From Lama guanicoe (taxonomy: Eukaryota): DNA of 64,000 bases. The translations under genes were made by a program, and so were the position numbers. Below the pieces are notes generated by a model. It did not search any database. It was given only the letters and a program-made list of their open reading frames with translations, and had not been told where the DNA came from. The DNA is taken from positions 8,816,077-8,880,076 of the forward strand of contig MU053652.1 in the NCBI GenBank assembly GCA_013239625.1, in the 5' to 3' direction. Positions 50,980 to 62,921 of this stretch are shown here, in pieces (the first letter of the stretch is position 1; every line of letters starts with the position of its first letter).

Positions 50980-52280
50980 ATGGAAAACCGACAACTAACA
51001 TCGTATTTAATAATGAAAGACTAGATATTTTCTACCTAAGATCAAAAACAAGGCAAGACTATCTTGGTAGTGTAGTATAGAAAGTCCAGTAACAGACTCA
51101 CATACCTGTGATCAATTGATTTTCAACAAATGTACAGACAATTTGTAAAGTATATTTTATTCAACAAAATAGTGCTGGAACTACTGGATGTCCAAATGTA
51201 AAATATTCACCCAGATCCACACCTCACACTTGATTCAAAACCTAACCCAAAATGGATACATCTGGAAAACAGAAAATCAGTGTTTTTTTGGACTAAGCAA
51301 AGATGCTTAAATAAAACACCAAAATCCTGATTCATAAATGGAAAAATGTTACTTTGAACTTCATCAACATTAAGAACTTTTGATCTTCCAAAGACGTTAA
51401 TAATAAATATCAGAATGGAAGAAAATATTTGTGTAATACATATCCCACAAAAGACTTCTATGTAGAATGTATAAATAACTCTTAAAACTTAATAAGAAAT
51501 GAAACAGCCCAATTAAAACGTTTTGACAGATATTTCATTAAAGATATAAGATGGTGAAAAGGCATATATGAGAAGATGCTCAACCTCATTACTCTATAAG
51601 GAAATACAAACTAAAACCACAGTGAGGTACTGCTACTACCTGTCTGTGTAGCTAAACTTTAAAGAGTAACACCAAACGAACAGATTTGGCATGGATGTGA
51701 AACTGGACTCCTGCTGATACTGTTCATAGAAATGTAAAACGGTACAACTCACTTGGTAAAAGAGTTTGTAGTTTTTAAAAATTTAAAAACCCAATGTATT
51801 CCACTCTTAGGTTATTCTCGAAGAGACATGAAAGCGTATGTCCACACAGAGACATGAATATGAATATTCATACTAGTGTTATTCATAACAGTCGAAGTAT
51901 GAAAACAAGACAGATGACATCAACAAGGAATGTATAAAAAATTGTATGGGAATACTTCTGAGCAATGAAAAGGAATGAACTGTTGATACATTGCAGTAGC
52001 ATGAATGAATATCAAAACAGCTATGCTGAGTGGGAGAAATCGGTCCCAAAAAAGATCATACTGTGTGACTCCTCTTACATAAAATTATGGCAAATACAAA
52101 CGAATCTAAATGACAGAAGGGAAGTCAGCAGTTGCCTGGATCCCAGGGATGGGAAGGAAATATTTGGGGGTCATGAATATGTATATGACATTGATTGTAT
52201 GCAGTTGTCAAAACCTATCAAGTCATACACTTTAAATATGCGCAATTCATTGTATGTCACTTCCATCTCTAAATTTTTAT
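50980..52280 (+). mobile_element. Old L1 (L1M-type) ORF2 remnants and 3' UTR
   Basis: gatcaattgattttcaacaaa, agatgctcaacctcatt...taaaaccacagtgaggtac, aaaaggaatgaactgttgatacat; A-rich DNA from ~47700 is probably further old L1. Confidence 0.75.
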
Positions 52281-54609
52281 TTTTTAAAGCTAAGTACTTC
52301 CCTTCCATAGCGGGAAGTTAGTAAGATAATGTCTAAAGCTGGAAAATCAAGAATTTGAAATGTTAGCATGTAGGTTAGGGATATGACATTTAAATATCAA
52401 AAGAATCAGATAAAAGTGAAAACTTTTTTTTTTCAAGAGAAATTACTTGGGAAGGTGTTGTGGAACTGACATAAAGGACTTATGTTTTTCATAAAAATTC
52501 CCTTACGAACAGTTTCTTCTTAGACTATGTGTATATATAACTTTAATAAAAATAGATACTGTATTTACAACTTTAAAATATAAAGAAGAGAAGGAGTTTA
52601 ATCATCGGACAGGTCTATACAGGTTCATTTACCTGTGTAATTAATTTACTAAAGTGAAAATCAGGGTGACTTTAATTTATTCAGATTGGGCATTAAACTT
52701 GGTTGAATTTTATTTAATCAGTGGATGCTTTCCACTTTACTTAGCTATTACCAAGCTGGCGAAGTGGTAAAAACCCAAAATATTTACCCTGAAAAGCAGG
52801 ACAAAATGATTCCCTTCTTTTAAAGCTTGTTTTGTGAAGATTAATTAAGCTTCTGTGTAGTTATTTTCTGTACTTTATTGACTCAGGATTACTTGTACTC
52901 TGTAAATGTGCTGAATTATTTACACATCACGGGCAGCTAATGCTAATGCAGAACATACCCAGTGGGACCTCAGAGCCCTGAAATGCTAAATGTAATCTGG
53001 GGATCAGTAACATTCCATTCATAAAATGTGTCACCCACAGGTTAATGGAAATAAACAATAGGAAAGACAGTGGGTGGATTATGCAAATACACTGAAAAGA
53101 TTTAAGCAGGGGGAGGGGACTACAAGAAACCAATTTGTGTTTTATTTAAATGTGGATTAACGTTTATGGTATACAAAATGATTAAAGCTACTTTACTAAT
53201 TTGCCAATGCTCTGAAAAGCATCCCTGCACAGGAAAACTATCAAAATAAATTGGTCCTGGTTTTTTTATGTGTGGGTTTTGGGGAGGGTAAGAGAATAGA
53301 GGCAGGATTAAGTGAAGGACATTTTTAACATGAAATGATATTTGTAATTTTTTTAAATGAAATGATAAACAGTATTCAGAAGAAAAGTCTGAGTGACTAG
53401 ATTTATGTGACACTTAATTGCATTTCTTTGATACAAGTGAAAGTATCACAAAACTAAAACCTAATCCGAATACGAATTCAACTACTGCTTTGTGAGGAAA
53501 GAGTCTTTCTCCCTCTGTCTCTTTACGGTGTGGTCCTGTAGAACAATTTGAGCTTAAATACATTTTATATCTGTGCTTTTTTAGGGAAACCTCTTCAAGT
53601 TACTGTGTGGAAAAAAATTTCCTTGTTCATTATGTCTTAGAAAATATGTCTGCTAAGTCCTTGGGTAATGGCAAAAGACAGAAATAAGCAGACTTTTCAA
53701 GCTATTAGTTTAAAAGATTCCTAAGAGCTAAAAGGCAGTCCAGCGGCAGCGCAGCTGCCTGGAGCCCATGGGCTTGGGGCGGGAGGGGGGGGCGGTAAGG
53801 GAGGGCAGGCTTTGCTGAACCTGGTTCAATAAAGCAAAGCGCTCCAACAGGATGAAGTGGCCCTGACCCCCTGTACTGGGTGGAAAGTGACCTGAAGAGG
53901 GACCCCCTTGTAAAGAGCAGTAAACCTGTCACCACCATGTGGCAAGTTATGTCTGAGGAGCCCACTCCCCCTCCCAGCTCTGACCCTGATTTCAGAACAT
54001 CCCGTAACCTGCCCTCCAGTTGTTGGTGTGTATTAGGGATACGTGGAGCTGAAAGTACTTTGGATAAGTGACTGCCAGCAAGAGCCGCAGGTTCGCGTGT
54101 GTATGGGGGTGGGGTGGGAGCGGTGGAGAGTTAGACACCAGCACAGACAGACAGACAGACGTCAGGTAAGGAGGTTGCTGGAAACTTGTTTTCCTAGGAC
54201 CTGTGTCTGTGGCTGGGCTTCTGCCTCAAATCTCACCCAGATAGAGGAGGAAATGGGAGAAGAGAGCTTGAACAAGAACACCTTCAAGCAGAAATGATTA
54301 GGGAATGCATTTGAAGTTTCTCTTTACTTGTAGGACCCTGGAGATTCCTTTTTGATTGCCATATTTCTGTACACACATTCTCAAAACTTGAGAACCTTTT
54401 TCGTCACAATTGACACCTCCCCTGTGTAAGACATTCAAATCATGGGACCAGATAAACTCCAGCAGTTAGAATGTTCCCGTGTGGGTTGATGCTCTTTGAA
54501 CTGCTTTCTACTCCCCTCCAGTAATGCCAAGTAATACAAGAGAGAAATTACTGAGCATTCTCGGATATTAAATGTTTGACGTTTTTGTTCCTCTTTTTTT
54601 CTTTTTAAG

Positions 54610-54673
54610 ATACTGTTTTCCCTTTGGACGACCTGAAGGTGCACTAAAAGCCACACTTTCATTACTTGAAAGG
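54610..54673 (+). CDS. CADPS2: CADPS2 internal coding exon G, 64 nt, phase 2 to 0
   Basis: Acceptor ctctttttttctttttaAG, donor AGG|gtatgt; [21 protein letters not shown], a motif shared by CAPS proteins. Confidence 0.96.
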
Positions 54674-54807
54674 GTATGTTTGACCATTGCTTTATAAATA
54701 CCATTTGCGTTCTTGATGGCTGTGTGTTTTAGTTACTGAACTAGGTAGACTGTCTTATTCCTCACAAGTGCGAGGTCCTCTGGGTCTGTTGCATTTCATC
54801 AATTTCT

Positions 54808-54932
54808 TTTTTTGGGTTGGGGGAAGGTTATTAGACTTATTTACCTTCTTTTTTAATGGAAGTACTGGGGATTGAACCCAGGACCTTGTGCATGCTAAGC
54901 ACGTACTCTACCACTGAGCTCTACCCTCCTCC
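54808..54932 (-). mobile_element. tRNA-Ala-derived SINE (Vic-1-like), antisense, 135 nt downstream of exon G
   Basis: Reverse complement reads ggaggagggtagagctcagtggtagagtacgtgcttagcatgcacaaggtcctgggttcaatccccagtac; perfect 13-bp TSD ttcatcaatttct at 54795-54807 and 54933-54945. Confidence 0.93.
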
Positions 54933-57854
54933 TTCATCAATTTCTCACCTTCTCCTGCTACGTTCAGTTTCTTCTATATCCTGCTTTTCCTCTCCAGAGC
55001 CTTTCTGAAGCCTACCACTGCCATCCTTTGCTAAGTTTATGGCATCTTTTTGGTACCACCTTTTTTTCCCCTCATGAAATAGTCTTTTTTAACTTCAGTT
55101 AAGTACAGTTACCTGTTTTTCAGACTTTACGTTTGTGTTTAATTATCCCCCTGACTTATTGGTACTCTGTCATATTTCTCATACCTCTAAGAGTTTAACA
55201 TTTAATATTCACAAATGTATCATTTCTTTCATTCTAAATTTCTCTCAGAATTTATTTAAATTCAACTTGCGTGTTACTTTGAAGGCGTTCGGGAATTACA
55301 GAAATTGTTGATTATAGAAGTCACAAAAGTATGGAAATATACAAAAAGTAATAGTAAACATCCATGCGAAAAATCATTTGTTCATGGAAGTATATCCTCC
55401 ACTGCTGTTTCTGTGGCAGATTATGTGTGAAAGGGAAGTGTCATCTTCATCTGTCTATAAAACTATTCACGTGCTATTTGAAAGTTAACAGTTAAGTAAT
55501 GTGGACAAATCCTATTCCTTATCAGTATTAAAAAGGATATCAAAGGATCTTCTATGTCTCTTGATTTGATTATTCTGGTCCTGATTTGTTGACTTCAGGC
55601 TCTTCTTGTTCATGTCGATTTATCTGCCCAAGGAATTCCAGATAATACATTGTTTATTTGCACCTCTATGAAAACGGGGAGACATTGTTCAGTGATTTAA
55701 GGAATTGGGGAGATGAAGACTAGAATTGATGGTTAAAATGAGATCTTTGGATTACAGATAGGTTTCATCTATATATCCCAGCTTTATCCTTGATTACTAT
55801 GAATTGTGTGATAGAAATATTGTTGTCATAATTGTTTTATTAGAATTTGTATAATATTAAAACCTGCATGTAACCCACACTTTTCAGAGTTTTCATTTCA
55901 TCCTATCCATTAAGGTATCACTGATGACATAAAATCCTTAAAGGTAGCTTTGCTTTTGGAACGGCATCCCATCCTGGGTACCAAGTGCAGCCTCTGTGTG
56001 TGCTGGTTTCCATGGCAGAGCTCCCCTCCCCTCCCCGGCAGGGAAGAGTTAGTAATAGCAGAGATGCCCTCATGCCCTGCACTGACAGGTGGCAAGATGA
56101 AGAGTGACTTTTATTCCAGTTATAGTCACTAAGCATGTTTCTTGCTGAACGAAGAGAGAGATGGTAAGAGCCATTTCTTCATTTGCATGTCTCTGTACTT
56201 ACTGACATCTTTGAAAAATAAGATAAAATCTACATGTGGATTCTTGATACTTATGATGCCTTGGAACAGCATGGGGAGGAGGCATGAAACAGAGGTTGTG
56301 TCTCCCTTTTTGCACTTGCCAGCCCTTTACCTGCACTTTGCCAGGAAAGAGAATTCAGTCCCCCGCCCCCACCCCAAATGAAGCATCCTGCTTCTAATGC
56401 TGTGAAATAATGCTTGATTTCTACCCTGGGCTCATCTCTGTAATAGACAGACAGATTCTAATTTCAACAGCTATTTCTGTTATTTGAAAGTTTGGCACCA
56501 TGGGGGAAGCCTAATAGCAAAATTCGTGGTTCTGCATATGGAACAAAGTTCATCTTATATTTAAATTTTAGTTATAATCACATTACAAATACTAGTGCCT
56601 ATTAATGCTTCTAATTTTTTCACTGTAAACAGAAGGTTTTTCTGGCTATAAAGAATCTAATGTGGAGTTCTGATTAAAGGGCCAAATGTATGTCAGTGTG
56701 TCAAAGATTTTTTCATACTAGAATATGAAGAAAATTTTAATTTGATAGGGAGGGAGGAAAATTTTTAAGCAGTAAAGTTTGCTGTTTCCAAAAGGAAATC
56801 TTGCCTGACAAAATTAAAATATGTTGTCAACGATCACCCATGGGAGAATGATTGAATGAATTTGAAATCATAAAATCTTTAGTGCCGAGGCTGATCGAAA
56901 GAGAATGCAATAACGAAGCATGAAATGAATGTCTTCATGTTCTTTCAGTATTTTTTTCAAAGTAAAAAACTTAACAGGATCATAGTAAGAACACTTACAA
57001 AAGCAAGATTTTGCTACAGATTGTATGATTTGAACGTAAGCAGAGCAAGAAAAACCACATCAATTATATGGAAAATAGAGTTTGACTAATAGTGTAATCA
57101 AAACTTACTGTGAGCAGTTTTATTACTAGGAAAGTTTAAAGGACAATTGTCAATGAGCCATTAGGAAAGTGCTTAAATACATTATATTTTGAATTTTGGA
57201 TATAATTGTTTTCTCCTCTTGCCAAGGGTAATACTTTTAAAGGAAAAAATCCAGAAACACAATTTAGGAATCCAACAGAAAGTGATCCTTTTTTTTTTTA
57301 ATTTCAGAATATTTCCGTTTATTTTAATATTTGATTTCTTCATTCATTTCACTAAGACAGAGAAGTCCCCCCTCCCCAGCAGTTCACAATGATTAAAGTT
57401 TAATTAGGGAGGGCAGAGGTCTTGATTTTTATAGAGCCCATACATGTTGCTTATTTTAAGGGAATTTTTGTTATTGTTTTCATATATATTGCTCAAAAGA
57501 TTTAAAGCTTTTAAAACAAGGACGTACAAGATAAACTTTGTTTATTACTTGTTCCAAGGACTGTAATCCTGATCTGAAACAGCTGCTCGAGTGGTGTTGT
57601 GGGTCCCTGGAGGAAAAGTGACAGTCACAGTGAATGGTAGCTTGGCATAGGGGAGGTTTTGATGTGCGTAAATGAGGCTTAGACAGGAAGAGCCCAGACT
57701 GGGAGATTACTTCCCAGTTGTGAAGCCCCGACTGATTGCCTCCTCCAGTGTTACCCAGGACCCTTTCCTACTAATAGGTCTAGGACAATTTGTATATTTG
57801 TTTTTAGTATTTTATGCAATTTCTCTCCCTCTCTCTCTTTCTCTCTCTTTCTAG

Positions 57855-57978
57855 GTTTTAATGAAAGATATTGCCACTCCCATACCAGCCGAAGAGGTGA
57901 AAAAAGTGGTCAGAAAATGTCTTGAGAAAGCTGCCTTGATCAATTACACGAGACTCACAGAATATGCCAAAATAGAAG
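57855..57978 (+). CDS. CADPS2: CADPS2 internal coding exon H, 124 nt, phase 0 to 1
   Basis: CT-rich tract plus ctAG, donor G|gtcagt; [41 protein letters not shown]. Confidence 0.96.
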
Positions 57979-60046
57979 GTCAGTGCAGTGAGCAGTTGCC
58001 CAAAGTGGCAATGAGAGCCAGCAATGCCTATTAACTGCATTTTCTGTGAGAAGTCCTTTCCTTTCCTGAACAAACCTGTGCCATGGCAAAGGGAAATGTC
58101 TCATTAAAATCTCAGCTGGTGAACTGAAGAGCTTTTTCCTATTCATTGCTTTAATATGCCTCCTGGGACTCTGCTTGAATGAAAGACCCAGGATTCGTGC
58201 TTAAGTTGTCCTTTGTTCTTGTTTTGAGTTTTGAAGAAATCAAAACGTGTTTTCATGGGTTGTATTTTTTGACATTACTGTAAGTACATCTAACATTTAA
58301 AGTACGGGTAGTGTATTCTTTCCTGATCAGTAACAGTGTAGTATTACGTAATTTTATTTTCGGTTCTGTAGTATCTCCCAGAGAAAGAGGAAACTTGTTG
58401 ATTATCATGAAGGGTGAAATGAACAGATAGAATTTCCTGCAACTTTTAATTGCTTGCAATATATTGATGCATTTGAAAGATTAGATCTCTTGAGAGGACT
58501 GTGCATTTTTTTTTCTCTTTCTTTGGGTTTTATTCATTAAGGATAATTATTCATCTGATTCATTAAAGTTTAAAATGTTTAGAAATACATAGATTGAAAT
58601 TTGTGACAGTCACAATCTCAGCTTTCATTCAACAATCCTTTGATATAATTAAAAGTAATAGAAACGACCACAGATTCTTTAATCATCATAAAAGTAGCTT
58701 GTGTAATACATGTACCATTGCCTTAGGGAGGAAAAAGCTTACCTTGTTTAATACTTACCTCTAAAAATAAAAAGTAAATCATCCACTGGAAAAATTTTAG
58801 TAACTTTTTACCTAAAATTGCATTTAATGAATTGTAAATTTATTAATTAGACAATATTATTACAGGTTCATCAAAATTGGGACAATGAAAAAGATGATTA
58901 TAAATTGGCCATGTTATATCCTTTTTTTCCTCTCCAAATCTGATCAAGCTTTCTAACAAGCACGTGATAACCAACCTCCTGAGTGATTAACAAAAAAGCC
59001 ATCCCATCACTATAGCAACCAATATTATATCACAAGAGTAACAACATGAAACCTCCTTAGTTACCAGTTTAACATCATTAATTATGATATCATGTTGTGT
59101 TAAAGCAAAAGCACTGAATATTAGATCATTTAGGGGAAGTGGAAGATAAACAGATTTGGTTTTCACATTTTGAATACTCATTCAAGCAATTTTCATATTT
59201 GGGGAATATTGGCTGTTGTGAGCATGGATTGCAAGATCTGATATTAAAAACAGACATTTTAAAACCTTTCAACTCTGGCAAAGAGAAAAAAGTTGTGGAC
59301 AATCTGAGTAAACACAATATTATTTTATCCAAATATTATGGACTCTATCTAAAAAAAAACTATGAGACTCCTTTTGTTCTTAACTATTTCAGTTAATATT
59401 TTTGACCGTTACCTTATCCAGCAATACTGAAAAGATATGCAGTGTAGCTTTTGTTTCATCTCTGTATTTATTTTCTAGTCATAGAATCCGTTTTAATACA
59501 GACATGTGGAGAACTTTCTTTTATTTGTACATAGCAGTGGGCTTTTTTCATTGATCAGAGCAACATGCTTACAATGGTGATCAGAAAGGAATGGTTTTTC
59601 TTCTCGATCGCACATAAAAACAACTCTGTGGTAGAGGAAAGCCTAAAAGAGTACCCACTGGAGAGTGAGCAGGGAACTCTCGCACCTCTTCCCTTCTGGA
59701 GTCACCCCTCTCTTACCTTGGGTCCAGCGTGAGAATATTCTAGAAAAAGGATTCTAGACCTCTAGTCGGGTAGGACTGCTGAGCAGTCTCCATTCAAAAA
59801 AAAAAAATGCATGCTTATGAGAATAACTTTTAGGCTTTTCATTTTCTCCCTTCTCCTTTTTTTTTGTATCTTACAAAATAAAAAGCTTTGTTTTATGCTC
59901 AGGGTCAGATCAAGAACAAAGTCAACGTTAACTTAGAAATAGGAAGTGGACTCCTTTTCTTGGCTTGGTTGGTCCTTTTCATTATGTGAGTAAGCAACCT
60001 GGGTAGAGTTTGCTTTTCTCCTAAATTCTCTTCTCTTATGTTTTAG

Positions 60047-60067
60047 GCCCAGCAGAAAAGGAAACAG
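60047..60067 (+). CDS. CADPS2: Probable CADPS2 21-nt alternative microexon encoding (G)PAEKET, phase 1 to 1
   Basis: ttctcttctcttatgttttAG|GCCCAGCAGAAAAGGAAACAG|GTAATT; length a multiple of 3, no stop in the phase-1 frame after exon H, purine-rich body, TGCATG 15 nt downstream. Confidence 0.75.
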
Positions 60068-60081
60068 GTAATTAATGTTTG

Positions 60082-60087
60082 TGCATG
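60082..60087 (+). promoter_or_regulatory. RBFOX-binding element (UGCAUG) just downstream of the 21-nt microexon
   Basis: Exact TGCATG at intron position +15; further copies at 59808-59813 and 60609-60614. Confidence 0.6.
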
Positions 60088-62604
60088 CACACGTGCCGTG
60101 ATTTCTAATGTGGTGGTGTTGTGTTTTGATATTGATGAATGGCTCTTTCCTTTTCAGGGCTCCTGCTAGATCACTTTGACTAAGATACTGAAAAGACTTT
60201 GATTTTATCAGAACTATTGCTAATGGTTTGTAGGGAAAATATAAGCCATTGATCTCTGCCAAAGTTCAGCAGTATTTTTGATACGAATTCAAAGCAAAAC
60301 ACCTGAGGCTGTATTAATATTATACATTAGGTTTTAAGCATGTTCACTAATCTTATTCGGAAGCCGTCGCCAATATTTGAAGGACTCTTACAACTAGAAA
60401 AGAGGACCATCCTTCTGTGATCACTCCTGAAAAACAACATGAGAGTAAAAAAGCGTAAATGCTGTTAAATAAAAAGTAAGCAGCTCTTAACTTTGAAAGT
60501 TGTTAATCGTAGGAGTGAGCAGAGGTTATGAAATTCTATTCTCAAGAAACTTCTGGGAAAGAGTCTTCTCTGGGTCTCTGAATTTTTAAAGATTTTGTTA
60601 TTTTTGTGTGCATGCGTGCACTTTTCACAGTTGTAATTAATTTAATTCCTTGTGCCATTATCTGTTTGTCCTGTCCATCTCCTCTTCAGCCTCTTGCAGG
60701 CAGGGTCTCTACTGAGCTTGTTGACTGTTGTATTACCAGCACCCAGCACTGTGCCCATGACGCAAAGTAGGTCCTCAGTACTTGGAAAGAGACAAGAGGT
60801 CCATTAGTTAGTTCCATCTGAAAACAATGGTGCAATAGACACATGATGAACTTTTTTAGTCCTAGTTTTCCCATCTTAGTTAAATTTGGCATGCAGTGTT
60901 ATAGACCAGTTTGTTTGGGTTGTTTTTAACTGAAGTTTTCCATTAAGGGTGCTATATCTACTTTTTCCTACCTTCAATTCTTTTCCAGTATTTGATCCCA
61001 GAAAGTGTCAGGAACAAAACACTCAGAGCCAGGGAAAGGGGAAAGAACACACCGATAATGATCGCTGAAGTGCTCTTTAGAAAAAATGAATTAGAAGAAA
61101 CGATGAGACAACCATGCCCTCTTAGGACAGCCCGTTGTGGGAGCAGCAGTCCCACACTCTTTAACAAACTTTTTCAAAACCTCTCACAGCATTTTATCCC
61201 CAACGTTTCTGCTGTGAAAGTCATTTTTATATAGTTTGCAGACAAGAAGTCCAGGGTTGTTAGTGGTTTTCCCTCTTGCCACAAGGTAAATAAATTGGCC
61301 AGCTGGGACTGGAGTCAGGTGTCCTGATGCCCAGCTTACAGAGGATATGCCTCTTCCCCTGTGAAATAGGAAGGGGCCGCCGGTACGCCTCCATGAGGAC
61401 GGAGGAGAGGCAGTTGCCCTGTTCCTGTTGAAGAGATTCAGGGAAAGGCAAGTTGCTGTCCCCTGTGGACTTCACTTCCACCAGATGAGAATCTTCCCTT
61501 CGCTTATATTTAATATCCATACCTTTGCTCAGCTGTCCAGGCTGGAGAGTCTGGGAAAAAGACTTTTTAAAAATTGAATGCTTGCATAGAAAAGGGGTGG
61601 AGGAATGAGTAGAGAGTCAGTAACTTAAGTGAAGTGAAAAAAAAGCTACTCTCAGTTGAAAACTGTTCTGAAGTAACAGGAGACAGGTTTTTAAGAAATG
61701 GAGTGTATTCCTTCAGTTGCATTTGGTTGCAAGTTAACAGGGTTACCTAGTAAATGTTCTTGGAGGTGCTTATAAAAGTGAGTAAAAATCAGACTATCAA
61801 TTGCATGTGTAAGAGCTTAAATGCTTGATAAGGCTTTGAAACAGTACTCTCTTGCGCACTGTAATCGTTGTAGTCCTCAGTGAGTTTGCACCATGTAGAG
61901 AAGAGTCAAATTCTGCCCAAGATTTGTCATAATTTTGTCGTCTGTTGACGTGACTATCGCCCCAGCAGTTTTTCACTTCCACGACTTCAGTAGTTCCTTA
62001 AGCAGCTCTTCAAAATAGGTATCTTACAGAAGAGATAACTGAGACTTCAGAAAAAATTAGTAACTTGCACAAGGTTGCGCTGCTACTATTAAAACTCAGT
62101 AGACCTGAGATTTGCACCTGTGCTCAACAGACACCGGAGCCCTCGTCACGCTCTTCCCGCTGGCTGCCCCGCCTCCAGGTCTGTCTGATTCAAAGTAATG
62201 GCATTTTTGGATGCACAGCTCACCCACATCACAAAAGCCAAGGGTTAATATTTGTAGAGTCACTTTTTCCAAAAATAATGGTATTTATTTAATTGTAAGT
62301 GCAAACACTTTCATGCCAGGCAGTAGTCTAAGCACTTTACATGTGGTGCTTGTAAAAGTACAGTAGCAGTATTTACAAGAAATACTACCATTATTATTCC
62401 TTTCTTAGGAAACTGGAGCAGAGAGGTTATTACCTACCAGCCGGTCCCTGGTCACATAGAGCTAGTAAGTGGGAAATTAGAACCCACTGTCTACCTATTA
62501 AGCTATCTTCTTATTTTCCCTTCCTCCCCATTCTAGGCAAGCTTCACAGTTAAGTTTACACTCAGTTAAAATGCACGGACGTTTGAAAAGGAGTCTGGAG
62601 CAAT

Positions 62605-62921
62605 GAAGCCCATAGAGATGTGATCACAGCCACATATGTAACTTAAAAAATTTTAGTAGCCGTATCAAAGAGGTAAAAAGAAACAGGTGAAGTTAATTTT
62701 AAGAATATGGCTTATTGAACCCAGCCTATCCAAAATATTATCATTTTAAAATGTATTCAGTATGCACAGTTATCAAGATAGTTTACGTTATTTTTTCCGA
62801 CAATGTCTTTGAAATCTGGTGGGCAATATGCGCTCCCAGCGCATCTCCACTAGAAGTAGCCCCGGCTTTCAAGTATTCATCCAGCGCATGTGGCTGGTGA
62901 CTGCTGAATTGGACAGCTCAG
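62605..62921. mobile_element. MER33-like hAT-Charlie element
   Basis: ttttagtagcc...gtaaaaagaaacaggtgaagttaatttt...atccaaaatattatcattt...catgtggctggtgactgctgaattggacagc. Confidence 0.75.
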
